Shown: piece after piece, positions 12,577 to 22,531 of the stretch
Numbering within the stretch: the first letter of the stretch is position 1
How the letters are laid out: each line of letters begins with the position of its first letter
From: Bdellovibrionales bacterium
GTDB lineage: Bacteria > Bdellovibrionota > Bdellovibrionia > Bdellovibrionales > JAUICD01
Assembly: GCA_965203275.1 (NCBI GenBank)
Contig: OZ241865.1
Location: 1,600,001 to 1,664,000, forward strand
Length of the DNA: 64,000 nt
Direction of reading: 5' to 3'
Made by a program: the position numbers and the translations under genes
The notes under the pieces: generated by a model
Told to the model about the DNA's origin: nothing
Seen by the model: the letters and a program-made list of their open reading frames with translations, nothing else
Databases searched by the model: none

Positions 12577-13275
12577 ATGGTACATTTCAATTGGTTACAA
12601 TTCATTGTAGATCATCATTACCTGCACATAGCTTCAGTGTTATTGGTATCTATTGTCATGCTTGTCACAGCATGGTTTGCTAAAAGGCAAATGATACAAG
12701 CATCCACAGACAATACTGCTTACAAAGCTCCTTGTTCTCATTTTTCTCTTCTTGGATTTTATGAGGTCATTTTAGAGTTTATTTGCCGTCAATTTGATGC
12801 TATTGTAGGTAAGTCCCATCGTAAATTTGTACCATTTTTCACTTTTTTATTTTTATTTATCTTTTTTAATAATTTTTTAGGGTTGCTTCCAGGGTTTACA
12901 CCTGCTACAGATAACTTAAATACCACTTTTGCTATAGGGCTTGTTTCTTTTGCCATCTATAATGTAGTGGGCGTTAAGCAACAAGGGATTATTGAATATA
13001 TAAAGCACTTTATGGGTCCTATCTGGTGGATTGCTCCTTTGTTATTTGCTATTGAGGTGATTTCGCATTTATTCCGTCCATTTACATTAGGGTTACGTCT
13101 GATGGGTAATATGACGGGGGATCACACTGTACTAGGAGCATTTTTAGAGCTTGTACCTGTTGGGGTACCAGTTATTTTCTATGGATTAGGGCTTTTTGTG
13201 TGTGCTGTTCAAGCATTAGTTTTTACGCTACTATCTATGGTGTATGTGGCTATGGCAGTAGCTCATGATCATTAA
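12577..13275 (+). CDS. atpB: F0F1 ATP synthase subunit a
   Basis: RPFTLGLRLMGNM, VQALVFTLL. Confidence 0.93.
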   Translation: MVHFNWLQFIVDHHYLHIASVLLVSIVMLVTAWFAKRQMIQASTDNTAYKAPCSHFSLLGFYEVILEFICRQFDAIVGKSHRKFVPFFTFLFLFIFFNNFLGLLPGFTPATDNLNTTFAIGLVSFAIYNVVGVKQQGIIEYIKHFMGPIWWIAPLLFAIEVISHLFRPFTLGLRLMGNMTGDHTVLGAFLELVPVGVPVIFYGLGLFVCAVQALVFTLLSMVYVAMAVAHDH

Positions 13276-13307
13276 AATTAACAATCATTTAATGAAAGGA
13301 GATATAA

Positions 13308-13637
13308 ATGAAAAAAGCAAAAACAATCTTTTTAAATAGAGGATATATCTTAATAGGTTCTTTTATTGTGTTTTTATCAAGCACATTGGCTTTAGCTCAA
13401 GATATGGAATATACCATGGATGCTACTGGGCCAGACTGGAAAGGGGCAGCTATGGCTATTGCCCTTGGGCTAGCTGCCATTGGAGGAGCTTTAGGTCAAG
13501 GCAAAGCTATTAGTGCAGCTCTTGAGGGGATTGCTCGAAATCCTTCAGCACAGGATAAGATTTTTACACCTATGATTTTAGGGTTAGCCTTTATTGAATC
13601 TTTGGTCATCTTTACTCTTGTATATAAATTCTTTTAA
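13308..13637 (+). CDS. atpE: F0F1 ATP synthase subunit c with N-terminal extension
   Basis: GIARNP loop, FIESL ion-binding Glu. Confidence 0.93.
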   Translation: MKKAKTIFLNRGYILIGSFIVFLSSTLALAQDMEYTMDATGPDWKGAAMAIALGLAAIGGALGQGKAISAALEGIARNPSAQDKIFTPMILGLAFIESLVIFTLVYKFF

Positions 13638-13674
13638 AAGAGGCTCTCTTTTTTGAGTAGTTTAGGAGGTCAAC

Positions 13675-14067
13675 TTGAATTCATGTCCTGGCTGTGGGAA
13701 GAAACCAATTTCTTTATTTAAATGGATTTATCTTTGGAAAGAATCATTGCGTCGACGGTGTCGTCTTTTAAAAGAATCGTTGCAGGCAGAGGACAATTAC
13801 ATAAATTGCAATCATTGTCGTATTCGCTTAAAACGCAATATTTATCATCCTAAAATACTAGCTTACAGTTTGCTAGTTTGTCTTTTAGGTATTGTGCTTG
13901 GTATGAATATAGGCACTATAGTCAATTTATATGATGATCCATTACTTGGTATACTTAGTAGTATAATAATGACAATCTTTTTTATACTTTTCTTAATAAT
14001 TCCCTGTTCAATACTTTCTTACTTTGTGGAAGTTTATGAGAAAGACAATAAAAAGAATCATAATTAG
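13675..14067 (+). CDS. Hypothetical membrane protein with two CxxC motifs
   Basis: CPGC, CNHC, two TM segments; GGAGG RBS before TTG. Confidence 0.6.
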   Translation: MNSCPGCGKKPISLFKWIYLWKESLRRRCRLLKESLQAEDNYINCNHCRIRLKRNIYHPKILAYSLLVCLLGIVLGMNIGTIVNLYDDPLLGILSSIIMTIFFILFLIIPCSILSYFVEVYEKDNKKNHN

Positions 14068-14093
14068 TTAAGTTGTAAGGATGGGGGTGAAAA

Positions 14094-14709
14094 CTGATTG
14101 CTTTTTTACAAGGGCAACTTATTCATATTGGCAAAGAATCTATCACTCTTTTAACACAAGGTGTTGGTTATGAGGTTTTTTTACCTCAACAGTCTCTTTA
14201 CTTAAAGTCGATCAACCCTACACGAGCTAAAATTAGAGGTTTCTGTTAGCTTTTGGACTCACACTATTGTAAGAGAAGATGCTTTGGCTTTGTATGGTTT
14301 TTCAACAAAGCAACAAAGGCATTTTTTTGTCTCTTTACTTAAAGTCGATCGCATTGGGCCTAAGATGGCTCTAGGCATTTTGTCATCAAATTTTTCGACA
14401 GATCAGATCATTGCTATGATTCAGTCAAAAGATATAAGAGGTTTAAGTGTTTTGCCCAAAGTAGGCAAAAAAATGGCCGAACAAATCGTCTTTAAATTAA
14501 AAGATCAACTTGTTATGTCTGAAGGGCTACAAACTGAAATAACCTCTCAGAATCAAATGATTGTTTCAACACTATTGAATTTAGGATTTAGAATTCAAGA
14601 CATAGAGAAAGCTCTTTTGCAAATGACTCAAGCAGGTTCTTTGCAAGATAAAATCAAGGCATCTCTAGCCATTTTATCAGGAAATAAAACATCCTCAGGT
14701 GGGCTTTGA
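14094..14709 (+). pseudogene. ruvA: Holliday junction branch migration protein RuvA, frameshifted
   Basis: (M)IAFLQG...GVGYEV from CTG 14094 in one frame; THTIVREDALALYGF, KVDRIGPK, PKVGKKMAEQI in another. Confidence 0.85.
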
Positions 14710-14798
14710 CCTCAGAGTTTTTAATTTCAGGCTTTTATTGGTACAAAACGGCGTTCATAATAGATTTGCTTTATAGAACACATCACATCAAGGTTCGA

Positions 14799-15610
14799 TT
14801 ATTTTCCGGCGATTCGAATAGTATGACCTGGTGAAAATCGATTTTGAGAATCATAACTCCATAATGTCAACTGAAAGACACAACCTGAGTTGACATTATA
14901 AGAGCAAGCTAATGTTGTTCCATCAAAAGTTCCGCATCCAAAGACTTGACTGGAATCTGATAAAATGACATTGCCACTGTTGTCTATGTTGACTTTGTAT
15001 AATCCACCATTTTCATCAATAGAGTTTTTTCTTTCAGACCCGCAAACAAGGGAATAGAAGCTCACTAAACGGACATCTATTTCTGTATCTTCATCTACGT
15101 TTTCTTCTTTTGGATTTTCTTCATCATCCACATCATCATTTTCAATAACTTCTATTGTGGCTTCGTTGACTGCAAGATTAATGGTGTTAAGGGTTTCATC
15201 AACGGCAAAATGGCCGAACAAATGCTAATGCGGGTATCAGCATTGTTTGTTCCAAATGAACATCCATGTAAGGATAAGTTAGCCAATGCATTATTACACT
15301 GCAAATCACTTGGACTATTGCCTTGTGCTTGAATTTGTAAGCTGCTTCCTAATGTAGAACAAAAAGGAAGATCACAACCAGTAATTTCAATACATACAGA
15401 TGGGTCTCTAAAATCTAAAGTAGCCGTACATGTCCCCCGTTGTTGTGAGAGAGTACTTTGAAAGTTATTAACAATATCACTTCCACTTTTCCCACAATTT
15501 TGAAAGGCAACAATCAATACTGAAGAAAAAACAAAAGCTAAGATTAAAACAGGTTTTTCTGATAATCTTTTGATCGTAATATACATATATATTCCTCCAT
15601 CTATCTTCAT
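14799..15610 (-). pseudogene. Cys-rich FQNC-type lipoprotein, apparently split by a frameshift (ORFs 15152-15610 and 14799-15221)
   Basis: IVAFQNCG lipobox-like motif; 70-nt ORF overlap; second ORF starts at TTG with no obvious RBS. Confidence 0.55.
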
Positions 15611-16112
15611 AAAATGTATCGGTATGAAATACTTTTTACTTAAGGATATTTTAAAAAAAATGTTTCAAAATGATAATTGTAAGACACTTAGACATAAGGG
15701 CATATAGATAACACACTGTTATTATTAAGAAAATAAACCGCACCCCATTTTTAGACACAAGGCAGTCAAAAAAGCCAAAAAAGTCAAAAAATAAACATTA
15801 TGACTGACTAATGTCGAAAAGTATTAGGTTAGATAGCCTGATTATAAGGTCATGTTGCCTTTATGCTACTTTAAAGTGACTGGAATTAAACTATCAATAC
15901 AAGTAAAGTCTACATAATCATTAGTAAAACAGCTTTAAAAGGACCATTTTTGTCTAAGAAGATGACCATTTTTGGCATATTATTGAATTTTTGTGTTTAA
16001 AAACCTTATTTTTATTGGTTTTGAGGCTGTAATTTACTGGCATGCCTTTTGCTACTATATAAGTAATAGATATTTTTATAAACAAAAACCTGTATAGAAG
16101 GAATAAATAGAA

Positions 16113-16601
16113 ATGAAGAAATTTAATTTAGTTTTATCCTTATTAATTGTAATGATTGTTATTTCAACTTATTGTTTAGATAGCCTATTTGCTATCCCTA
16201 GACGGCGTTTACCTCGACAAAATGTTACACCTCAAAAACTTTTAAAAGAGTTAGATTTCCCTAATGATGAAAAGAAGTTCTCTGTTCAAAAAATTCAACG
16301 CAGACGTCACGAAAACCTTGCCCTTCTTTATTCTGTTCAGTTTGTTGATAAAGAAGGAGATCGTTATTATATACAAGATGACTATGCTGAGCGTAACTTT
16401 GTATGCCAATCTTTTGGTTTTGGAAAGTCTTTTAACGATATAAGTAATATAAGACATTTGTCTATTCCTGTGGTAGCTTTTGGACAAGCTAATCAAGTAG
16501 TGAAGCTTGTAAGAGGTAATAGGCTTGTTCCTTATAATCAAAATGATCATCGTAGAATCGGTTATATGGACATCTTGCCCTGTCAAATTCATTCTATTTA
16601 A
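16113..16601 (+). CDS. Hypothetical secreted protein
   Basis: MKK plus hydrophobic signal peptide. Confidence 0.65.
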   Translation: MKKFNLVLSLLIVMIVISTYCLDSLFAIPRRRLPRQNVTPQKLLKELDFPNDEKKFSVQKIQRRRHENLALLYSVQFVDKEGDRYYIQDDYAERNFVCQSFGFGKSFNDISNIRHLSIPVVAFGQANQVVKLVRGNRLVPYNQNDHRRIGYMDILPCQIHSI

Positions 16602-16707
16602 GAGACAGCAAGAACAACCATTGACTTTCTTAATAAATTCAATATCTTATAACAAAACCTAAAAATCCTAGACTTTAAAGAAAATTTGGACTATAGAAAA
16701 CTTCATT

Positions 16708-19700
16708 ATGAGGTTTTCTAGTTCTAGCTGTAATATAAAGAAATCACTTTTTGTATTTTTATGTTATGGGAGTTTCATTTTGACTCTTAATGGCACGCCT
16801 GTTTATGCTCAAATGCAAAACAAAAATATATCTGATCACAATCATGTCACAAAGGCTTTTTTAGATGAAACAATCAATATAACAAGCCGTGCAGTATCTG
16901 TAAATAATACAGCCAGAGATGTTGAAAATATAACATATATTTCAAATAGGCCATCTCTTCTCTCGTTGCATGCCCTTTTGTCCCTGCTTGTACACTATCA
17001 AATGAATGCAATTATAACTCAAGATCAACCAGGACAATCACAGTTTCAAACACAAGAACTTGATAAATTTATTCCTAGGCTTTTTTTAGCTATTATAAGG
17101 ATGACCACACCTCAGGAGGCATTTTGGGTAAAAAAAGAGCTACAACATGCTTTTGTAAACTTTAAAAATCATTTAAGCCTTGACAGTCAAAGCAGGATTG
17201 AAGCCTATATAAACGATCCTCGCTACATGCAAAAGACTGATGCTCTTCCTTTTTTCTATAGCGAAGATGTTGCAATACAAAAAGGGTTTATTTTTCCTTT
17301 TGAGTCAGACTTTATATTGGGCAATACTTTTCATTACCTTATACAATCTTTTTTCAATATCATAATGCTGACTCAAAAAAATGAAACAAGGCATATAGAG
17401 AACTTGCAGCCTACTCGTACGTCTCTTCTTGTTTTATTTTTACAAATTTATGTAGAAATTAAAATATCTTCTCCTAATGAGTCCTTTTCTCCAGAATCTC
17501 ATCAAATTATTTCTACAAGTCTCTATACTATAAAAAAAATGGCCACAAGATTTGAAATACCTTATCTCTTAAATCTTTTATCTCTTATAACTCCAGAAAG
17601 TCATGTTTATACTCAGACCATAATGTCTGCTGTAAAAAAATTAAATACTCAAAAAATAGCCTGGGGAAGTCCACTACCCCAAATGACTATTTCTAACTCT
17701 CCATTATTAGAACATGTAGTTAGACAACCGTTGCAAGAAAATCAACAAATAATCCTAGCACATACTGCAAATGATGATTTTTTAATAGATAGTTTGCCTT
17801 TAGAAGAGTCTCTTTATCATCTTTTTAACTTACAGAAAAAATTAGATCTAATGGGAATAGAAAAGATAAATATATCTGAGTTACCTGTTTTAGAAGCAGC
17901 TTTGTTTTTATCTATGGAATTAGAAACCCAACCTTTACAGAAAATAAATATTCATCGAGTGAAAGAGATTTTAGAAACCATTGAGTTAAAAGCCACTCCT
18001 GATGATCTGAAAAAGATAGCCTTTTATCTTATACAAGTGGATAAAAAATTAAATATTAACCCACTATCTTTTAGTCCACTTGATAGACGACCACTTAAAT
18101 ATGCTCATTTTTTAATATTTCAAATGATCGGTCGCTTAAGCACCGAACAACAAGACAATATTCAGGTTCAACAAAGCATAATATCCTATTTCACTTCGTT
18201 GAGGGATAAGTGGGAAAAGACGAACCCAAAATCCCCCGTAAATATCTATTTAGATTCTTTGGAACAAAGAACAAATCAAAAATCTACAGTATCTCCCTCT
18301 ATAGAAAACGACTCAGGTGATAGAATACAAACTGTTGAAAAACATCTTAAGGATCATCTTAAAGGACAACCTGAAGTTATTCAAAGAATCCTACAAATTG
18401 AAACTCAAAGATCTATTTTTGGTCACTTAGGTTCTCAAGGGCTTACTTTAAAGTTTATGGGACTTCCAGGTGTGGGTAAGGACACAGCAGCAAAGGCATG
18501 GATTGATGGGATTCATAATAAGAAGGGAGCTTGGCAAGAACAACAACATTTATTAAGTGTACCTCCTATCAGAAATTCAATGGATATGAGAGAGTATATT
18601 GGTTCTAGTCCAGGTTATATAGATTCCAATGACTTGCCTATTTTGATTAACTTTTTGGTACAACATTCAGGTGGAAAGTATTTAATTGTAAGTAGCAAGG
18701 ATCTTTCTGTTGATAGAACAGCTTCACATAATTCATCATCCTCTACTGAAAAACCATGGTATGTCATCCTCAATCCTGAATGGCAAGGTCAAAATTTACC
18801 AGGTCATTACACTCCAGATCAAGGAATTGTGTTTCTTAATGATGTACATGACTGGAGCAAAAATGGACGTAACTTTATAAAAACTTTTTTAGAAGAAGGC
18901 CGTATTCGCATAGCCAATTCAGGGACTCTGCCAGGTGCTGGCTATAAAAATCTCCCTGCTATTTTTGTCAATGAAATTATAGTTCCTATTATAAGAATTG
19001 AAGCCAGCAATGAGCTATCCTATCTTATTGCTAGCAATCGACGAGTAGATGGCACTTATACTGGAAGTCCTTTATCAGAAAAAGCTCTTATGGATAACTG
19101 GCAAAGGGTTCACAAAGATTATACACTACTGAGAAAATCCTTATTAGATGAAGGTGTTGCCCGTTCTTCTGTAGGTGCAGGTGAGCATCTTGCTTTTGGT
19201 GTATCTCAAGAATATCTTGATCGTTTCAATGATGCAGACTTGCTTTTGTTCCGTCCACTTACATCTAAAACTGTCAGGGAGATACTCTTACAAGAAATAC
19301 ACTTTTTAGTTGATGAACTCAAAGCCAGCAAAACAAAATTTGCTAATATTGAGTGGCAATTTTCAGAAGACCTCATCACTTTTATACAAAATTGGCAACA
19401 AGAAGCTGATAAAAGTGCAAGATTTTTGAAAGCAAAAAAAGAGAGCTTTCTTCGGGCGAGTATAGTAGAAGCTGTAAGTCAAGGCCATCTAGTAGCAAAA
19501 GAAGAACCTATTACAATTTCTCTTGATATAAAAGAAAATAAAGATGGTACATCTAGTTTAAGTTTTTTACAATCTAACGGATTATCTTATGAAGTTTTTA
19601 TAAAAGAAACTCAAATCAATAAACACAAAGAGATTCTCTCCACGCAAAAAATGCAACATTTGTATAGCTTAGGTCATAGACTCTCTCAACATGTTTTTGG

Positions 19701-21702
19701 GGTGGAAGCCATTGCTCAAAGATTAGGAGGGCTTGTGGCGTCAGAACTTCCTAATAGAAATAAAAATGTCACTGCTCGCACTGCTAGAAGGAATGCTCAA
19801 ACGTATGTTTTTTTAGGGCTTTCTTCTATAGGCAAGACAGAGCTTGCAAAAACTTTAGCAAAAGAGGTTTATGGAGACGAAACCCAGTTACTTGTTATAC
19901 CTTTTGGAGATATTAAAACAACATCTGCATTGGAAGAATGGCTTTTAGGAGGCATTTACAATGGCAAAGTAAAAAGATCTAAGTTGATGGAAATTTGGGA
20001 TCGCACCAATGGACAATTTATTTTAGTTTTAGATGAGATCACAAACGCTCCTGAGGCAATACAAGAAAGCCTTTATGATCTTTTCAGAGAAAATATTTAC
20101 TCTAACTTTGTAGATAGAGAGCCTCGCCCTACAGAAAACCTAATCATTATCGTGTCTGATAATGCGACACAAGAATGGTATGCTCAAATGCAACGTGATG
20201 TTTCTATGGTGGAACAACAAGCAGCTTTTTACAGCATTTACAAAGAAGCTATGGAAGATACAGGATTTTTGAGACATTCTCTGGAAAAGCATTTTAAAAA
20301 TGCTTTGATTAATAGGGTGGGATTGAAGAATATATTTTTCTTTCCACCTTTAAGTTATCAAAGCATACGTCATATTGTGCATAGACATATTTTAAAAGGG
20401 ATTGCTCGCCTGGCACCTCAAAGCCGTGATTATCCTATAGGTTGGCATATAGAGTTTTTAAGCCAACAAGATTTTAAAAATATTGTCAAGGTTGTGGAGG
20501 TAGAGGGTTTTGAACTTTTTGAACAAGGAGCTTCTTTAATTCACTTTATTGAAGATGATATTTTTAGACCCTTAAATATTTTACTTGGACAAAATGGAGT
20601 TGCTATTGCTTCTACTGTTGTTCTCTATTTAAAAAATATTTCAGAAAAGCAAGTTACTCTAGGCGTTTTAACAAATGATGGTAGGGATTTAAGTTTTAAT
20701 ATACAGAGAAGAAAAGACTTCAAAGATATACAACAAATACAAACCTCCCCTACAGAAACTTTTTTAACAGCACTTCATGAAGCTGGTCATAGCCTTATGA
20801 GTCAGATATTATTTAGAGATATTTATCAACCGGATGAGTTAGGTATCATTGCAGGTGTTGCTAAGGTAGATAATAAATGGAAGAGAATATTAGGAGTGAG
20901 TAAGGCCACAAAGATACGTAACTTTGCCCCTACAAAAGAGGCTTTTATTGCAAGAATGGCTGTTCTATCTGGTGGTTATGTAGCAGAGGAGCTGACCACT
21001 AAAGGTCGTCGGAGTGCAGCAGGAAAGGGCAATGATATACAAAGAATTACTCATTTAGCTTATGAAGGCATTTTGTGTGTAGGTTTGTCTTCTCTATTTG
21101 GTAATATGTCTTGTCCTGAAGATACGAGTTTTGTAGATTGGATGAAAACTTTTCCAGAGGAGAAAAGGCAAAGGGTCATTGATGAAGTTAATCAATGGAT
21201 CAATCAAGCTTATACTTTAGCTCAACAAGCCTTGATATCTCACTTTGATATATTGTTAGCTTTAGGTGAGAGGCTGGCTACAAAAGGTAAGTTAAATGCT
21301 ACTCAGATCAAAAATTTTTATAAAGGAGTAAAATTAAAAGAACCTCCTTATAAGAATGTATCACTTGAAAAAATTCCAAAAAAAGATAGTGGATTTTTAG
21401 TTAGAGATATGCAGTTAAGAGATGATATACAAAAACCTAAAGTGATTATGGATCATCTAAAGTATCTCATGCGAGAGAAATCCAAAGAGTTAGCTTTAAT
21501 AAATATCCCTAAGGAGATTCCATTTGTTGCAAATCCTGATCATTTGCTTAGTATGATAGAGAGAAAAACAGATGTATCTTTGCCCAAAATATATCGATAT
21601 GATATTCACCATCAAAAGCTTCAAAAGAGAAAAAATAAGGTTCACCGAGTCCAAACAGGTGCAGATAAGAATGTCTCTGGCTGTTATAGAGTTCTTCTTT
21701 AA
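16708..21702 (+). CDS. Large protein: signal peptide, two Clp-D2-like AAA+ modules, C-terminal FtsH-like M41 peptidase
   Basis: GLPGVGKD and GLSSIGKT Walker A, LVLDEI Walker B, IGSSPGY pore loop, TALHEAGH, GGYVAEE, GNDIQRIT. Confidence 0.8.
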   Translation: MRFSSSSCNIKKSLFVFLCYGSFILTLNGTPVYAQMQNKNISDHNHVTKAFLDETINITSRAVSVNNTARDVENITYISNRPSLLSLHALLSLLVHYQMNAIITQDQPGQSQFQTQELDKFIPRLFLAIIRMTTPQEAFWVKKELQHAFVNFKNHLSLDSQSRIEAYINDPRYMQKTDALPFFYSEDVAIQKGFIFPFESDFILGNTFHYLIQSFFNIIMLTQKNETRHIENLQPTRTSLLVLFLQIYVEIKISSPNESFSPESHQIISTSLYTIKKMATRFEIPYLLNLLSLITPESHVYTQTIMSAVKKLNTQKIAWGSPLPQMTISNSPLLEHVVRQPLQENQQIILAHTANDDFLIDSLPLEESLYHLFNLQKKLDLMGIEKINISELPVLEAALFLSMELETQPLQKINIHRVKEILETIELKATPDDLKKIAFYLIQVDKKLNINPLSFSPLDRRPLKYAHFLIFQMIGRLSTEQQDNIQVQQSIISYFTSLRDKWEKTNPKSPVNIYLDSLEQRTNQKSTVSPSIENDSGDRIQTVEKHLKDHLKGQPEVIQRILQIETQRSIFGHLGSQGLTLKFMGLPGVGKDTAAKAWIDGIHNKKGAWQEQQHLLSVPPIRNSMDMREYIGSSPGYIDSNDLPILINFLVQHSGGKYLIVSSKDLSVDRTASHNSSSSTEKPWYVILNPEWQGQNLPGHYTPDQGIVFLNDVHDWSKNGRNFIKTFLEEGRIRIANSGTLPGAGYKNLPAIFVNEIIVPIIRIEASNELSYLIASNRRVDGTYTGSPLSEKALMDNWQRVHKDYTLLRKSLLDEGVARSSVGAGEHLAFGVSQEYLDRFNDADLLLFRPLTSKTVREILLQEIHFLVDELKASKTKFANIEWQFSEDLITFIQNWQQEADKSARFLKAKKESFLRASIVEAVSQGHLVAKEEPITISLDIKENKDGTSSLSFLQSNGLSYEVFIKETQINKHKEILSTQKMQHLYSLGHRLSQHVFGVEAIAQRLGGLVASELPNRNKNVTARTARRNAQTYVFLGLSSIGKTELAKTLAKEVYGDETQLLVIPFGDIKTTSALEEWLLGGIYNGKVKRSKLMEIWDRTNGQFILVLDEITNAPEAIQESLYDLFRENIYSNFVDREPRPTENLIIIVSDNATQEWYAQMQRDVSMVEQQAAFYSIYKEAMEDTGFLRHSLEKHFKNALINRVGLKNIFFFPPLSYQSIRHIVHRHILKGIARLAPQSRDYPIGWHIEFLSQQDFKNIVKVVEVEGFELFEQGASLIHFIEDDIFRPLNILLGQNGVAIASTVVLYLKNISEKQVTLGVLTNDGRDLSFNIQRRKDFKDIQQIQTSPTETFLTALHEAGHSLMSQILFRDIYQPDELGIIAGVAKVDNKWKRILGVSKATKIRNFAPTKEAFIARMAVLSGGYVAEELTTKGRRSAAGKGNDIQRITHLAYEGILCVGLSSLFGNMSCPEDTSFVDWMKTFPEEKRQRVIDEVNQWINQAYTLAQQALISHFDILLALGERLATKGKLNATQIKNFYKGVKLKEPPYKNVSLEKIPKKDSGFLVRDMQLRDDIQKPKVIMDHLKYLMREKSKELALINIPKEIPFVANPDHLLSMIERKTDVSLPKIYRYDIHHQKLQKRKNKVHRVQTGADKNVSGCYRVLL

Positions 21703-21745
21703 AAGTGGAATGGTGTCCCTTATGGATTAAAAAACTATCAGAAAC

Positions 21746-22531
21746 TTGACCTTATTCTATGTTACTTGTATATATTTATTTATGATTAAGCTAGCAAATG
21801 TATCTCTTTCTTTGAATGAAGCTCAAATTATTTGTGATTTTTCTTTAGAGCTGGAATCTCAAAGAACACATGCCCTTTTAGGGCCAAGTGGATGTGGTAA
21901 GTCCACTCTTCTTAAGATCATTTTGGGTCTTTATTCTCCCACAACAGGAAAGGTTTTTATAAATGGCGTACATCTAACCAATAAAAATCAAAGGCAAATT
22001 GTTCAAAAGATGGGTTATTGTGTTCAAGATGGAGGTTTGTTTCCTTCTTTGACAGCAAGAGAGAACATTCTTTTAACTGCTCACTTGAGACGTAAAGACC
22101 CATCAGAAACAAAAAAAAGACTTGCTTGGCTTTGTCAGCTTGTGCAAGTGGAAGAAAAAACTTTAGATCTTTATCCGTCTTTGTTGAGTGGAGGGGAAAA
22201 GCAAAGGGTTTCTTTGATGCGTGCTTTGATCTGTGATCCAGATATTTTGTTAATGGATGAACCATTAGCTTCATTAGACCCTATTAAGCGTCACGACTTA
22301 CAAGAGCATCTAAGGTATATTTTTAATACCTTGAAAAAAACAGTCATTTTTGTAACCCATGATATATTTGAAGCTTCTTATTTAAGTCAAAATGTGATTC
22401 TTATGTCAAAGGGTTCTATTGTTCAGGATGGCCCTTTTAAGAAATTAATGAATTACCCTAAGAATCAATTTGTTTCTCGTTTTATTCAAGTTCAGAGGAA
22501 AGCTACAACCATAGGTGATCTGCATGTTTAA
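21746..22531 (+). CDS. Osmoprotectant ABC transporter ATP-binding protein
   Basis: GPSGCGKS, LSGGEKQRV, LLMDEP, VTHD; start may be ATG 21782. Confidence 0.9.
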   Translation: MTLFYVTCIYLFMIKLANVSLSLNEAQIICDFSLELESQRTHALLGPSGCGKSTLLKIILGLYSPTTGKVFINGVHLTNKNQRQIVQKMGYCVQDGGLFPSLTARENILLTAHLRRKDPSETKKRLAWLCQLVQVEEKTLDLYPSLLSGGEKQRVSLMRALICDPDILLMDEPLASLDPIKRHDLQEHLRYIFNTLKKTVIFVTHDIFEASYLSQNVILMSKGSIVQDGPFKKLMNYPKNQFVSRFIQVQRKATTIGDLHV

